The notes beneath the pieces were generated by a model. It was not told where the DNA came from, ran no database searches, and was given only the letters and a program-made list of their open reading frames with translations. A stretch of 32,000 nt of DNA from the NCBI RefSeq assembly GCF_000017845.1, contig NC_010546.1:4470001-4502000 (forward strand). Reading direction: 5' to 3'. The position numbers and the translations under genes were made by a program. Below are positions 6,771 to 16,379 of this stretch, in pieces. Position 1 is the first letter of the stretch. Each line of letters opens with the position of its first letter. Source of the stretch: Crocosphaera subtropica ATCC 51142 (GTDB taxonomy: Bacteria > Cyanobacteriota > Cyanobacteriia > Cyanobacteriales > Microcystaceae).

Positions 6771-7496
6771 TTAATCTTTAGGATAAGATTGTTCTATAAC
6801 AGAAGTAACTAAAGAAAGTGCAACCAAAGGTGCAGTTACAGCACGAAGCACTCTTGAACCAAGGTTAACAGCAATAAACCCTAAATTAATAGCTTCATTA
6901 ATTTCTTTCTCTGTCCAACCTCCCTCACATCCGGTAGCAATGGTAATAGAATTAGTTATTTCTGGGAGTAAATAAGTAAGTAAATGTTTAGCGTGTTTTC
7001 GTGTCACACAAATATAACAATTTTGATTAGGTTGTTTTGTATTTTTTAATGCTTCCGAAAAAGAAATTGGTTCTAAAATAGTAGGAACCCGTTGTCTTTC
7101 TGATTGTTCAGTTGCTTCTTTAACAATTTTACGCCAACGGTCTAATTTATGAGAACTAGGTTTTAATAAAGTTCGCTGACTAATAATGGGAATGATAGTG
7201 TTAACCCCTAATTCTGTGCAACTACGAATAACCTCATCAAACCCTTTTCCTTTGGGTAAGGCTATCATTAAAGTAACATTAATGGGTAATTCCGTTTCTT
7301 CTTTTAATGGTTTAATAATTTGACCGTTATCATTATTTAATTTCACAAGATAAGTGTTATATTGACCATCAAGAACGATAAATTCGCTGTTTTCTTTTAA
7401 GCGTAAAACATTTTTTAAGTAATGTTTTTGTTCAGGGGTTAAGGTAATTATATTTCCCTGTTTTTGTGTTAGTTCAATAATAATACGATAAGTCAA
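6771..7496 (-). CDS. rsmE: 16S rRNA (uracil1498-N3)-methyltransferase RsmE
   Basis: It is 241 aa with a PUA-like N-terminus and a C-terminal SPOUT motif (ATGCEGGWTEKEI...LGSRVLRAVTAPL). Confidence 0.8.
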   Translation of the reverse strand: MTYRIIIELTQKQGNIITLTPEQKHYLKNVLRLKENSEFIVLDGQYNTYLVKLNNDNGQIIKPLKEETELPINVTLMIALPKGKGFDEVIRSCTELGVNTIIPIISQRTLLKPSSHKLDRWRKIVKEATEQSERQRVPTILEPISFSEALKNTKQPNQNCYICVTRKHAKHLLTYLLPEITNSITIATGCEGGWTEKEINEAINLGFIAVNLGSRVLRAVTAPLVALSLVTSVIEQSYPKD

Positions 7497-7507
7497 TGAT
7501 TTATAAT

Positions 7508-7804
7508 CTATCTATTTAAAACACGACAAATTAATTTACCAACGCCATCTGATTTAAAGGGAATGATATCACCCTCTTGGGTAATACGATGACCTTGACG
7601 ACAATCATAAATTTCTATGGGTCTTATCGTTTGGTCAATTTTAACCGCAGCACGATATTCCCAATAATTTTTGGCACTGCGCTTAATTTTTACAATACAA
7701 ACTTCATGACCCTTAATTTGCCGACAAAATTCAGCTTGAGCCGATAAAATTATCATACTCCAAGAAACACAGATTACTCCCAATATTACAATAATTTTTA
7801 ACAC
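7508..7804 (-). CDS. small secreted or membrane-anchored hypothetical protein
   Basis: It is 98 aa with a signal-peptide-like N-terminus (MLKIIVILGVICVSWSMIILSAQA) and four further Cys. It lies 11 nt upstream of rsmE on the same strand. Confidence 0.5.
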   Translation of the reverse strand: MLKIIVILGVICVSWSMIILSAQAEFCRQIKGHEVCIVKIKRSAKNYWEYRAAVKIDQTIRPIEIYDCRQGHRITQEGDIIPFKSDGVGKLICRVLNR

Positions 7805-7856
7805 TTTTATCTCCTAAATTGATTAAAATAAAATAAAGTCCTTTTTCTACTTTCTC

Positions 7857-10148
7857 ATGAAATCTAATGTAACACAATTGACGGATAATCTCGTTTTAAT
7901 GGGTGGAGGTCACAGTCATGCCATTGTTTTAAAATTATGGGGAATGAATCCTATTCCTGGGGTACGTTTAACCTTAATTGGTGATAGAACCCATACCCCT
8001 TATTCGGGTATGTTACCTGGTCAAGTGGCAGGTTTCTATAGATTTGAGGAAACCCATATTGATTTACGTTGTTTAACTCAGTTTGCTCAAGCTAATTTTT
8101 ATCACGACACTGTTATCGATTTAGACTTAGAAAATAAGCAAGTTGTTTGTCAAGAACATCCCCCCATTGCTTTTGATTATTTATCTATTGATATTGGTAG
8201 TATTCCTCAAAAAAGTAATATTTCAGGAGCCTCAGATTGTGCCATTCCTGCTAAACCGGTGGGTCAATTTTTAATAGCATGGGAAAAGGTGAAAAACACA
8301 ATTAAACATCATCGTAAACAACATCATACGTTAACAATTATTGGAGGCGGTGCAGGGGGTGTTGAATTAGCATTTAATATGAGAACTTGTTTACTTAATA
8401 TTTTAGAAGATGCGAATCATTTAACCATCAATTTGATCCATAAAGGTGATAATTTATTAACCGGCCATAATTATTGGGCAAGTCAAAAAGTACAATCTCT
8501 TTTATTAAAAAATGGTACTAATCTTTATTTTAACGAAACGGTTACCGATATAACCCATAATTCTTCCCATCATTATACAATTACTTGTGATTCTGGACAA
8601 AAGATAGAGTCAGATTTTGTATTTTTAGTTACTCAAGCATCTGCACCCCAATGGATAGAAAAAACGGGAATAACCACAGACAAAAAAGGATTTATTTTAG
8701 TTAATGATTATTTACAATCTGTCTCTCACCCTAATGTTTTTGCTGCGGGAGATATTGCTACAATGCAGAACTATTCTAGACCGAAAGCAGGGGTTTTTGC
8801 AGTGCGTCAAGGTCAACCTTTATTTGATAATTTACAATCCATTATTTTAGGAAATAAATTGCAATCTTATCATCCACAAAAGTTTTATTTAAGTTTAATT
8901 GGTACTGGCAATAAAAAAGCGATCGCCTCTTGGGGGAGCTTAGGTTTAGAAGCATCTTGGTTATGGACTTGGAAAGATCATATTGATCGCAAGTTTATGG
9001 ATAGATTTAAAGATTTTTCTGTCATGGAGTCTCAAGAAACCAAGAATTTATGGAAAACCCTCAAAAATGAGCTTTTTTCCAATAATAATCAACCTAAAAA
9101 ACAGTTAAAAAATAACAAGTTTATGCCTTGTAATGGCTGTGCTTCTAAAGTAGGAAGTTCTCTATTAGACAGAACATTAAAAAGATTAGATATTAATCAA
9201 AATCCAGAAATTCTTGTCGGTTTAGCCTCTCCGGATGATGGAGCAATTATTAATATCAGTGAACAAGAATTATTAGTGGAAACTATCGACTATTTTCCTA
9301 GTTTTGTTAGTGATCCTTTTATATTTGGACAAATTACTACTAATCATTGTTTAAGTGATTTATGGGCAATGGGGGCAAAATCTCATAGTGTTTCTGCTCT
9401 CATTACTTTACCTTATGGAGTAGATTCTGTCCTAGAAGAAATTTTATATCAATTATTACAAGGATGTCTTAAAATTTTAAAGCAATATGAAATCTCTTTA
9501 ATTGGAGGACATACGTTACAAGGGGAAAAATTAGGCTTTGGTTTATCCTGTAATGGTTTTGTTTTACCCAATAGAATTTTATGTAAAAGTGGGATGCAAG
9601 TTAATGATAAACTTATTTTAACTAAACCATTAGGAACTGGAACCTTATTAGTAGCAGAAATGATTTACCAAGCTAAAGGACACTGGATAGATAATGCTAT
9701 TAAATCTATGTTACTATCTAATAAAAAATCCTCAGAAATATTCTTACAATTTGAAGCCTCTGCCTGTACTGATATAACAGGATTTGGTTTAGTCGGTCAT
9801 TTAGTAGAAATGATGAAAGCGTCTCAAGTTTCCGTAGAATTAGACCTAGATAAAATTCCTATTTTAACAGGAGCCAAAGACACCATTAAACAGGGAATTA
9901 CCAGTTCCTTACACCCTAAAAATTTAGATAATCAAACTTATCTAAATGTTCATAAAAACATTGAAAACTCACCTAACTATTCTTTATTATTCGATCCTCA
10001 AACCTCGGGAGGATTATTGGCATCTATCCCCGAAGAAAATAGCGATCGCTGCTTGCAGGAATTAATCAGAGCCGGTTACACTGATAGTCAAATAATTGGA
10101 AAAGTGATCAAAAAAACTAACAACATTACTTGTATAGTGAACCAATAA
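7857..10148 (+). CDS. selD: bifunctional FAD-dependent pyridine nucleotide-disulfide oxidoreductase / selenide, water dikinase (SelD) fusion
   Basis: The N-terminal half has GGGHSH, IIGGGAGGVELA and FAAGDIA dinucleotide-binding motifs. The C-terminal half has a SelD-type active-site loop (CNGCASKVG; Cys, not Sec) and a PurM-like fold (SPDDGAII, IGGHT, DITGFGLVGH). Confidence 0.85.
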   Translation: MKSNVTQLTDNLVLMGGGHSHAIVLKLWGMNPIPGVRLTLIGDRTHTPYSGMLPGQVAGFYRFEETHIDLRCLTQFAQANFYHDTVIDLDLENKQVVCQEHPPIAFDYLSIDIGSIPQKSNISGASDCAIPAKPVGQFLIAWEKVKNTIKHHRKQHHTLTIIGGGAGGVELAFNMRTCLLNILEDANHLTINLIHKGDNLLTGHNYWASQKVQSLLLKNGTNLYFNETVTDITHNSSHHYTITCDSGQKIESDFVFLVTQASAPQWIEKTGITTDKKGFILVNDYLQSVSHPNVFAAGDIATMQNYSRPKAGVFAVRQGQPLFDNLQSIILGNKLQSYHPQKFYLSLIGTGNKKAIASWGSLGLEASWLWTWKDHIDRKFMDRFKDFSVMESQETKNLWKTLKNELFSNNNQPKKQLKNNKFMPCNGCASKVGSSLLDRTLKRLDINQNPEILVGLASPDDGAIINISEQELLVETIDYFPSFVSDPFIFGQITTNHCLSDLWAMGAKSHSVSALITLPYGVDSVLEEILYQLLQGCLKILKQYEISLIGGHTLQGEKLGFGLSCNGFVLPNRILCKSGMQVNDKLILTKPLGTGTLLVAEMIYQAKGHWIDNAIKSMLLSNKKSSEIFLQFEASACTDITGFGLVGHLVEMMKASQVSVELDLDKIPILTGAKDTIKQGITSSLHPKNLDNQTYLNVHKNIENSPNYSLLFDPQTSGGLLASIPEENSDRCLQELIRAGYTDSQIIGKVIKKTNNITCIVNQ

Positions 10149-10193
10149 ATTATTCATTACTAATTATTAATTATCAACTATTAATGACTAACC

Positions 10194-11732
10194 ATGTCTA
10201 ACACCGAAATTATTGTTATTGGTAGCGGTATTGGTGGCTTAAGTTGTGCAGCTTTATTAGCTCATTATGGCTTAGATGTTACTGTTTGTGAAAGCCATAG
10301 TATTGCTGGAGGGGCTGCCCACAGTTTTCAACGGGATGGGTTTATTTTTGACTCTGGCCCTTCCTTATATTCTGGTCTTTCCTATTCTCCTTCACCCAAC
10401 CCCTTAAAACAAGTTCTAGATGCTATTGGAGAACCCTTACCCTGTATTAACTATGACACCTGGGGTTGTTATTTACCCGAAGGCAACTTTAATACTTCTG
10501 TCGGGGCCGATCAATTTTGTGACATCTTGCGACAGTTACGGGGAAACAACGCAGTTGAAGAATGGCGAAAGTTACAACAAGTGATGAAACCCTTAGCCGA
10601 GGCTAGTGTAGCCCTTCCTCCTGCAGCCATTCGTTTTGACTGGAATGCTATCTTAACCGTCGGTAAGTTTGCACCTGACTTGATCCGAAAGAGTAACCAA
10701 GTCTTAAAGTTAACAGGGTCTTTCAGTAATATTGTCGATGAAGTCATCACTGATCCTTTTATTCGTCATTGGTTAGACTTGCTTTGTTTCCTCTTATCTG
10801 GACTTCCGGCTACCGGAACCAGCGCGGCCGAAATGGCCTTTATGTTTGCTGACTGGTATCGTCCAGGGGTCAAGTTAGATTATCCTGTGGGGGGAAGTGG
10901 GGCCTTAGTGGATGCTTTAGTCCGTGGTTTAAGAAAAAATGGGGGAAAACTCCAATTAAACACCCATGTTGAGCAAATTTTAGTAAAAAAGAATCAAGCC
11001 ATAGGGGTGAAACTACGCAACGGTGACACCTTAACTGCTAGTCGTGGGGTCATTTCTAATGCGTCGGTGTGGGATACCCTGAAATTATTGCCTTTAGATG
11101 CAGTCTCCCAACAGTGGCGAAGCCAAAAACAACAGACTCCTCCTTGTGAGAGTTTTTTGCACCTTCATTTAGGGATCGACGGTAACAACCTGCCCCCAGA
11201 CTTACCCTGTCATCATATCATCGTCAATGACTGGGAAAAAGGCATTACAGCCGAACAAAACGTGATTTTAGTTTCTATTCCCTCCCTCCTTGATCCCAGT
11301 TTAGCCCCCCCAGGAAAACATACTATTCATGTTTACACCCCCGGTAACGAACCCTATGAACGATGGTCACAGTTGAAGCGTAATAGTAAAGCCTATCAGC
11401 AACAAAAAGAAGCAAGAAGCCAAGTCATGTGGCAAGCATTAGAACATATTATCCCTGATATCGGCAATCGCATTTCCGTCTCCTTAGTGGGAACTCCCCT
11501 AACCCATGAACGGTTTTTGCGTCGTCATCGGGGATCTTATGGCCCGGCTATTCAAGCAGGAAAAGCCCTATTTCCTGGACCGAATACACCCATAGACGGG
11601 TTATGGTGTTGCGGTGACTCTACTTTTCCCGGTATCGGTTTACCAGCAGTGGCGGCCAGTGGCATGATGTTAGCTAATACCTTCGCCTCAGTGGATCAGC
11701 ATTTGTACTTATTAAAACGCCTTTCTCTATAA
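10194..11732 (+). CDS. phytoene desaturase (CrtI/CrtISO) family NAD(P)/FAD-dependent oxidoreductase
   Basis: It has an N-terminal IVIGSGIGGL...ESHSIAGGAAHSF Rossmann motif and a C-terminal GDSTFPGIGLPAVAASG block typical of the family. The exact substrate is not assignable from sequence alone. Confidence 0.7.
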   Translation: MSNTEIIVIGSGIGGLSCAALLAHYGLDVTVCESHSIAGGAAHSFQRDGFIFDSGPSLYSGLSYSPSPNPLKQVLDAIGEPLPCINYDTWGCYLPEGNFNTSVGADQFCDILRQLRGNNAVEEWRKLQQVMKPLAEASVALPPAAIRFDWNAILTVGKFAPDLIRKSNQVLKLTGSFSNIVDEVITDPFIRHWLDLLCFLLSGLPATGTSAAEMAFMFADWYRPGVKLDYPVGGSGALVDALVRGLRKNGGKLQLNTHVEQILVKKNQAIGVKLRNGDTLTASRGVISNASVWDTLKLLPLDAVSQQWRSQKQQTPPCESFLHLHLGIDGNNLPPDLPCHHIIVNDWEKGITAEQNVILVSIPSLLDPSLAPPGKHTIHVYTPGNEPYERWSQLKRNSKAYQQQKEARSQVMWQALEHIIPDIGNRISVSLVGTPLTHERFLRRHRGSYGPAIQAGKALFPGPNTPIDGLWCCGDSTFPGIGLPAVAASGMMLANTFASVDQHLYLLKRLSL

Positions 11733-11903
11733 GGTAAAAAATTACTTAACGAAGACAATAAGATTATTGAGTGAGAGTACGGATAGTGAAATTATATCCG
11801 TAGGTATTGCCGTGTTTTTCCGGCTGTGTTTCGAGCATTATTTACCTACAATCAAGACTAGCAATTGAAAAAGAATAGATGATTAATAGCAAGAGAAACA
11901 ATC

Positions 11904-12122
11904 ATGACCAACGAATTACAGACTCCACTACTCGAATATTTACGTCATAAACTAGCCATTCCTGCGGATGCTTTGAAAATGGCTGTAAAGTTTACAGAAG
12001 CGTCTATGGGTTCTCTTCCGATGGTACTTTGGCAATATGGATTCATTGATTTACATCAGTTAGATGAAGTCTTAGATTGGATAGATAATCGAGAGATTCA
12101 TGAGGTTGAGTTAAGTTATTAA
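11904..12122 (+). CDS. small cyanobacterial conserved protein, DUF2949-like
   Basis: It is 72 aa. The block LPMVLWQYGFIDLHQLDEVLDWI resembles the DUF2949 signature as I recall it. Confidence 0.5.
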   Translation: MTNELQTPLLEYLRHKLAIPADALKMAVKFTEASMGSLPMVLWQYGFIDLHQLDEVLDWIDNREIHEVELSY

Positions 12123-12197
12123 GTGTTGCTTGTTGGTTTGTTTTTTTTCAATTCTTAGTTAAGAGATTTCTTTAATAAATTAGTGAGAGTATTGAAT

Positions 12198-12545
12198 ATG
12201 ACTAAACCTTGTTTACCCCCCGATGATTTACCGTCTTTAAATCCGAGTTATCGTGAACTTTCTTGGGAATTAGAGGAAGTGACCGGAGAAATATTTTATA
12301 ACAATTGTGATCCCATGACACAAGATTTATTAAGGCAATGTGGATGGGATGTCACCATTAGAAGTAAAGGATTAATTTTAGTAGTTATTTGTCCTAATAA
12401 TCAACTAAATTGGCAAGTTTTACAATCTATTCCTTTATTTGCTGAGAGTTTACAAACATTAAGTAATACAGCAAAAATTAGAATTTATCCCCCACCAGGA
12501 ACCGGTACTCCTATGGAGGTAATGGTAGAAGATTCTTTTTTCTAG
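12198..12545 (+). CDS. hypothetical protein
   Basis: It is a 115-aa ORF from ATG 12198 (the track starts at GTG 12183). Codon usage is host-like. I recognised no motif. Confidence 0.45.
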   Translation: MTKPCLPPDDLPSLNPSYRELSWELEEVTGEIFYNNCDPMTQDLLRQCGWDVTIRSKGLILVVICPNNQLNWQVLQSIPLFAESLQTLSNTAKIRIYPPPGTGTPMEVMVEDSFF

Positions 12546-12714
12546 TAATTATTTTCCAGTTGTTTCTTAGCCAGTGATCTTCAGAAATAAGCATAGAACT
12601 ATTACATAAAAATTATTCTTTTTGTAGCAATCCTACACTCATACAATCACTATTTGATTAGAAGATTGATTTAAAAGTTGGGGTTGCTATGGATTAAATT
12701 GAATTTGTTAATAA

Positions 12715-14103
12715 TTAATCAATTGAATTGAATAAAAACACACCATCTTTTTTATAAGATAAGATAAAGTTGGAATTATTTTCTAGTTGATTGACTAAAT
12801 TGTTAACCGTGTCTTGGGAATTTTCCCACCCTGGATAACGAGTATTTAGTAAAATATAATCAAACTCTTTGACATTAATCGGTTCTCGATCTTTGATAGC
12901 TAATTTAATAACAGAACGATGGGTTAAATGGGGTGAAATTTGCGGAGAGGTTAATACTTTTACTTCAGTAGGAACTAATTTAACTGCTTCTCTCATAGCC
13001 GATACTGTTTCGATTTGTTCTAAATATCGAGAGGTAAAATAACCATATTTTCCTAATGCTAAAAAAGCAATCAATGACCACAATATTATATATTTTGGTT
13101 GACGAAATAAGCTTTTATTGGCAGCTAAAGTTGCTATTACTGATAATAATAAAAAGGGTAAAATAGGAATAGAATATTGATGAACTAAATCTTTTTGTGG
13201 TTGATAATCAGTTAATAAATTTAGAGTTAAGGCAGGAATAGCCGCAACTAAAGGCGTTAAATAACGAGGGGATAAACCCCAAATAACAGGAATAAATAAT
13301 AAGATAATATATTCTAAATTTGCCAAAGTAAAAAAGCGACTTAAAATGATATTAGGTTTCAAAATTAAATTAGTTAAAATTTCTATTACTGAGTCCCCTA
13401 AAAAAGAATAACGTCCCACTGCGGCTACTTCATCCCCACTAAATTGAGGAATAATTAATTGTGTCGTAATAATAAACCAAAATACGCCTAAAAATAAAGC
13501 TAAAATTCCATACTTTTTTCTATTTTCAAAGAATAATAACCAGACTCCCATTGCTGCAACAGTTAAGGATAAAACCGCTTTACAACTTAAAATTAAAATA
13601 ATAGCAATAATAAACTGTAGAATTTTTTTTGATCTCGCTGCTAATACTGCCCAAAATATTGTAGGTAAAGCAATGACTTCTGAATGAAAATCAAATAAAT
13701 TAACATTAAAAATTAAAGGATAAAGTAAATAAACACCAACAATAGTTAAAGCTAAATTATCCTTTAAACCTGCTTGTTTAGCTAATAACCATAAAAGAAC
13801 AATAGAAATAGATAAAGCGATCGCTTGAATTAAAAATAACCAATGAACATTAGAATAAATAACATAAAATAACGCCAAGGGATAAAAAATAAAAGCAGCG
13901 TGATCCCCCAAAATATGATCCTCAGAAAAAGAAACAATCGGGGGTTTTCCTTGACTAATTAAATAGAGAGATTGATCAAACCAACCTAAATCTAAAGCAT
14001 TAGATTGAAATAACCAATGACGTAAACTAGCACAAAAAAATAAAACTAAACTGCTAATCCCAAATATTAACCATAATTTACGGGGAATTTTCATCATTTC
14101 CAC
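12715..14103 (-). CDS. polytopic membrane protein, DUF2079-like
   Basis: It is 462 aa with about 12 hydrophobic helices. The N-terminal block NALDLGWFDQSLYLISQG...ILGDHAAFIFYPLALFY resembles DUF2079 predicted membrane proteins. Confidence 0.55.
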   Translation of the reverse strand: MEMMKIPRKLWLIFGISSLVLFFCASLRHWLFQSNALDLGWFDQSLYLISQGKPPIVSFSEDHILGDHAAFIFYPLALFYVIYSNVHWLFLIQAIALSISIVLLWLLAKQAGLKDNLALTIVGVYLLYPLIFNVNLFDFHSEVIALPTIFWAVLAARSKKILQFIIAIILILSCKAVLSLTVAAMGVWLLFFENRKKYGILALFLGVFWFIITTQLIIPQFSGDEVAAVGRYSFLGDSVIEILTNLILKPNIILSRFFTLANLEYIILLFIPVIWGLSPRYLTPLVAAIPALTLNLLTDYQPQKDLVHQYSIPILPFLLLSVIATLAANKSLFRQPKYIILWSLIAFLALGKYGYFTSRYLEQIETVSAMREAVKLVPTEVKVLTSPQISPHLTHRSVIKLAIKDREPINVKEFDYILLNTRYPGWENSQDTVNNLVNQLENNSNFILSYKKDGVFLFNSID

Positions 14104-14118
14104 TTTGAATAAAGGTAA

Positions 14119-14138
14119 AGACGTTTCATGAAACGTCT
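14119..14138. promoter_or_regulatory. perfect 20-bp palindrome AGACGTTTCATGAAACGTCT
   Basis: It is self-complementary over all 20 nt. It lies 16-35 nt upstream of the DUF2079 start codon and about 135 nt downstream of the gcvT stop on the minus strand. Confidence 0.6.
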
Positions 14139-14236
14139 CTACATAAAGATAAAATTGATCCTATTGAGTTCCATAATTCAACCTGATCTAAGTTCGATAT
14201 AAGACTATTTATAAATCATTCATTGACAAAAATCTT

Positions 14237-14264
14237 AACTCCGAACTCCGAACCCCTAACTCCG
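14237..14264. repeat. STRR-like heptamer tandem repeat (AACTCCG x3 plus AACCCCT)
   Basis: It reads aactccg aactccg aacccct aactccg and begins 9 nt beyond the gcvT stop codon. Confidence 0.85.
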
Positions 14265-14272
14265 AAATCAAA

Positions 14273-15382
14273 TTAACGATTTTCCGACTTATAAAAAGGC
14301 TTTTTAACCACTTTAGCAGGGTATAATTTTCCTCTAATTTCTACCTCAACCATTGTCCCTATTTTACTTAACGCTGTGGGAACATAAGCTAAAGCGATCG
14401 CTTTTCCAACTGTGGGCCCAATGGTTCCGCTAGTGACTTCTCCCACAATTTTGCCCTCAGAAGCCACCGAATAGCCATGACGGGCAATATGTCGTCCTTC
14501 CATTTCTAAGCCGACTAAACGCCGTTTAACCCCTTCTGTAGCTTGTTTTTCTAACACTTCTCGCCCCATAAACTCACCTTTTTTATCCAAATGCACCAGC
14601 CATTTTAACCCGGCTTCTAGGGGAGTGGTATGATCATCAATATCTTGACCGTATAAAGACATAGCAGCTTCTAAACGCAGGGTATCTCTAGCCCCCAAAC
14701 CGCAAGGGGTTACGCCAGCTTGAAGTAGCGATCGCCATAACTCTTGTCCTCCTTCAGGATCGATCATCACCTCAAACCCATCTTCGCCAGTGTATCCAGT
14801 TCGGGCAATAAACGCAGGATATCCCAACACTTCAGTATCTGTATGGCCAAAGAAAGACAGTTGAGTGAGATCAGCCTCAACCAAAGGCTGTAATTTTTCG
14901 ACGGTTTCGGGGCCTTGAATGGCTAATAAGACTTTTTGTGAAGATACATCAGTAAAATTAAGACTGGTTGCGCCTAAATTCGACAAAATCCACTTTTTAT
15001 CCTTATCTTTCGTAGCTGCATTAACAATAATAACCGCTTTTTCTTCCCCTTGACAGTAAACAATGATGTCATCAATAATACCCCCATCTGGGTTTAATAA
15101 GACGGTATATTGAGCTTTACCTGGGGTTAACCGTTCTAAGTCAGAAGGAACTAGGGACTGTAACATAGGAAATAAACCTTCTCCCTCTAAAGTAAACTTA
15201 CCCATGTGAGAAATATCAAACATTCCCACCCCAGTTCTGACGGCGTGATGTTCTACTTTTAGTCCAGTAAACTGTACTGGCATTTCCCAACCCGAAAACG
15301 CTGTCATTCTCGCTTTCTGTTGGATGATTAAATCATATAAAGGAGTACGCAAAAGAGAATCAGAGACGTTAGAATTAGCCAC
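14273..15382 (-). CDS. gcvT: glycine cleavage system aminomethyltransferase GcvT
   Basis: It is 369 aa with FSGWEMPVQF, GMFDISHMGKF and ARDTLRLEAAM blocks typical of T-protein. Confidence 0.9.
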   Translation of the reverse strand: MANSNVSDSLLRTPLYDLIIQQKARMTAFSGWEMPVQFTGLKVEHHAVRTGVGMFDISHMGKFTLEGEGLFPMLQSLVPSDLERLTPGKAQYTVLLNPDGGIIDDIIVYCQGEEKAVIIVNAATKDKDKKWILSNLGATSLNFTDVSSQKVLLAIQGPETVEKLQPLVEADLTQLSFFGHTDTEVLGYPAFIARTGYTGEDGFEVMIDPEGGQELWRSLLQAGVTPCGLGARDTLRLEAAMSLYGQDIDDHTTPLEAGLKWLVHLDKKGEFMGREVLEKQATEGVKRRLVGLEMEGRHIARHGYSVASEGKIVGEVTSGTIGPTVGKAIALAYVPTALSKIGTMVEVEIRGKLYPAKVVKKPFYKSENR

Positions 15383-15478
15383 AGGAATTTATTGATAATC
15401 AGTGAGTTATATTTTAACCTGAGTTCGACTTTTCTCCTGACTGGGAGTATTCTGACTTTTTTGTAAATATTAAATACT

Positions 15479-15928
15479 ATGGATCATTTTTTTCAATTTG
15501 AACAAGAATTTGTAGAATCTTTACACTGTATTCCCATGATTGTCCGTCTCAAGTTAGATACTTGTGGGGTAAAACTAAAATTAATGCACTGGAATCAATT
15601 CACCTCAGAAGAAAAAAAAGTTTTAGTTAATATGGCTTGTGAAACTCCAGAAGAAGTAAAGTTATATCGAAATTTTTTGCAAACCTTAGTCACTGAAAAA
15701 ACGGGAATTCCAGCGAAAACTTTACCGATTGATGATAATCCTCCTTGGTTAAATAATGAGAAAATTCCTGAAGAAATTCAAAAGAAAGCGGCAGAGTTTA
15801 ACAAAGAAATTACATTACAACAATGGGATAAATTAAGTCCATTACAACGATTTGCTTTAATTAAATTGAGTCGTCCCAGTCATGAAAATAGTAACTTTTA
15901 TCCTGCTTTAGAGGAGTTTGATTTGTAG
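15479..15928 (+). CDS. nitrate reductase-associated protein (NarM/TIGR02664-like)
   Basis: It is 149 aa. The N-terminal FQFEQEFVESLHCIPMIVRLKLDTCGVKLKL block matches my recollection of this cyanobacterial family. No nitrate reductase gene is adjacent. Confidence 0.45.
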   Translation: MDHFFQFEQEFVESLHCIPMIVRLKLDTCGVKLKLMHWNQFTSEEKKVLVNMACETPEEVKLYRNFLQTLVTEKTGIPAKTLPIDDNPPWLNNEKIPEEIQKKAAEFNKEITLQQWDKLSPLQRFALIKLSRPSHENSNFYPALEEFDL

Positions 15929-16007
15929 ATGGATCAATAGGTGATCGCTAAATCACTTCACAATTTACATTAGTTATCTCATCTTTGATAGATTATGAAT
16001 TTTAAGT

Positions 16008-16379
16008 TTAGTAATTTTTATTATTTTCAGATGAGTTTGTAAAATCTACTAAAATAGTAGTAATTAAGGAGGAAAGAAAAGGTAAATCTTGCTTAACCGT
16101 ATCCCAAACCACATTTAATTTAACAGAAAAATATTGATGAGTTACCTTATCTCTCATTTTAGCGATTTCTTTCCAAGGAACTTGAGGATATTCTTGTCTA
16201 GTGTAATCAGGAATTTTCTTTACGGCTTCACCAATAATTTGAATTGCTCGTGTGACGGCAAAAATAGTCTTTTTATCCTGACAAAAAGCCTCAAAATTCA
16301 TTCCTTCTGTAAATTCAACAGCTAATCTAATTGCTTCTTCTATGTCCCTTAAATAATCTTCAGTATATCGCTTAATCAT
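16008..16379 (-). CDS. hepT: HepT-like (DUF86) ribonuclease toxin
   Basis: It is 123 aa with an R-x4-H-x-Y motif present as RDKVTHQY. It overlaps the upstream nucleotidyltransferase gene by 4 nt. Confidence 0.8.
   Translation of the reverse strand: MIKRYTEDYLRDIEEAIRLAVEFTEGMNFEAFCQDKKTIFAVTRAIQIIGEAVKKIPDYTRQEYPQVPWKEIAKMRDKVTHQYFSVKLNVVWDTVKQDLPFLSSLITTILVDFTNSSENNKNY

Noticed and set aside
15383-15478. A possible glycine riboswitch upstream of gcvT.
   Set aside because: The leader lacks the conserved glycine-riboswitch core elements as I recall them, and only a trivial 4-bp hairpin is present.
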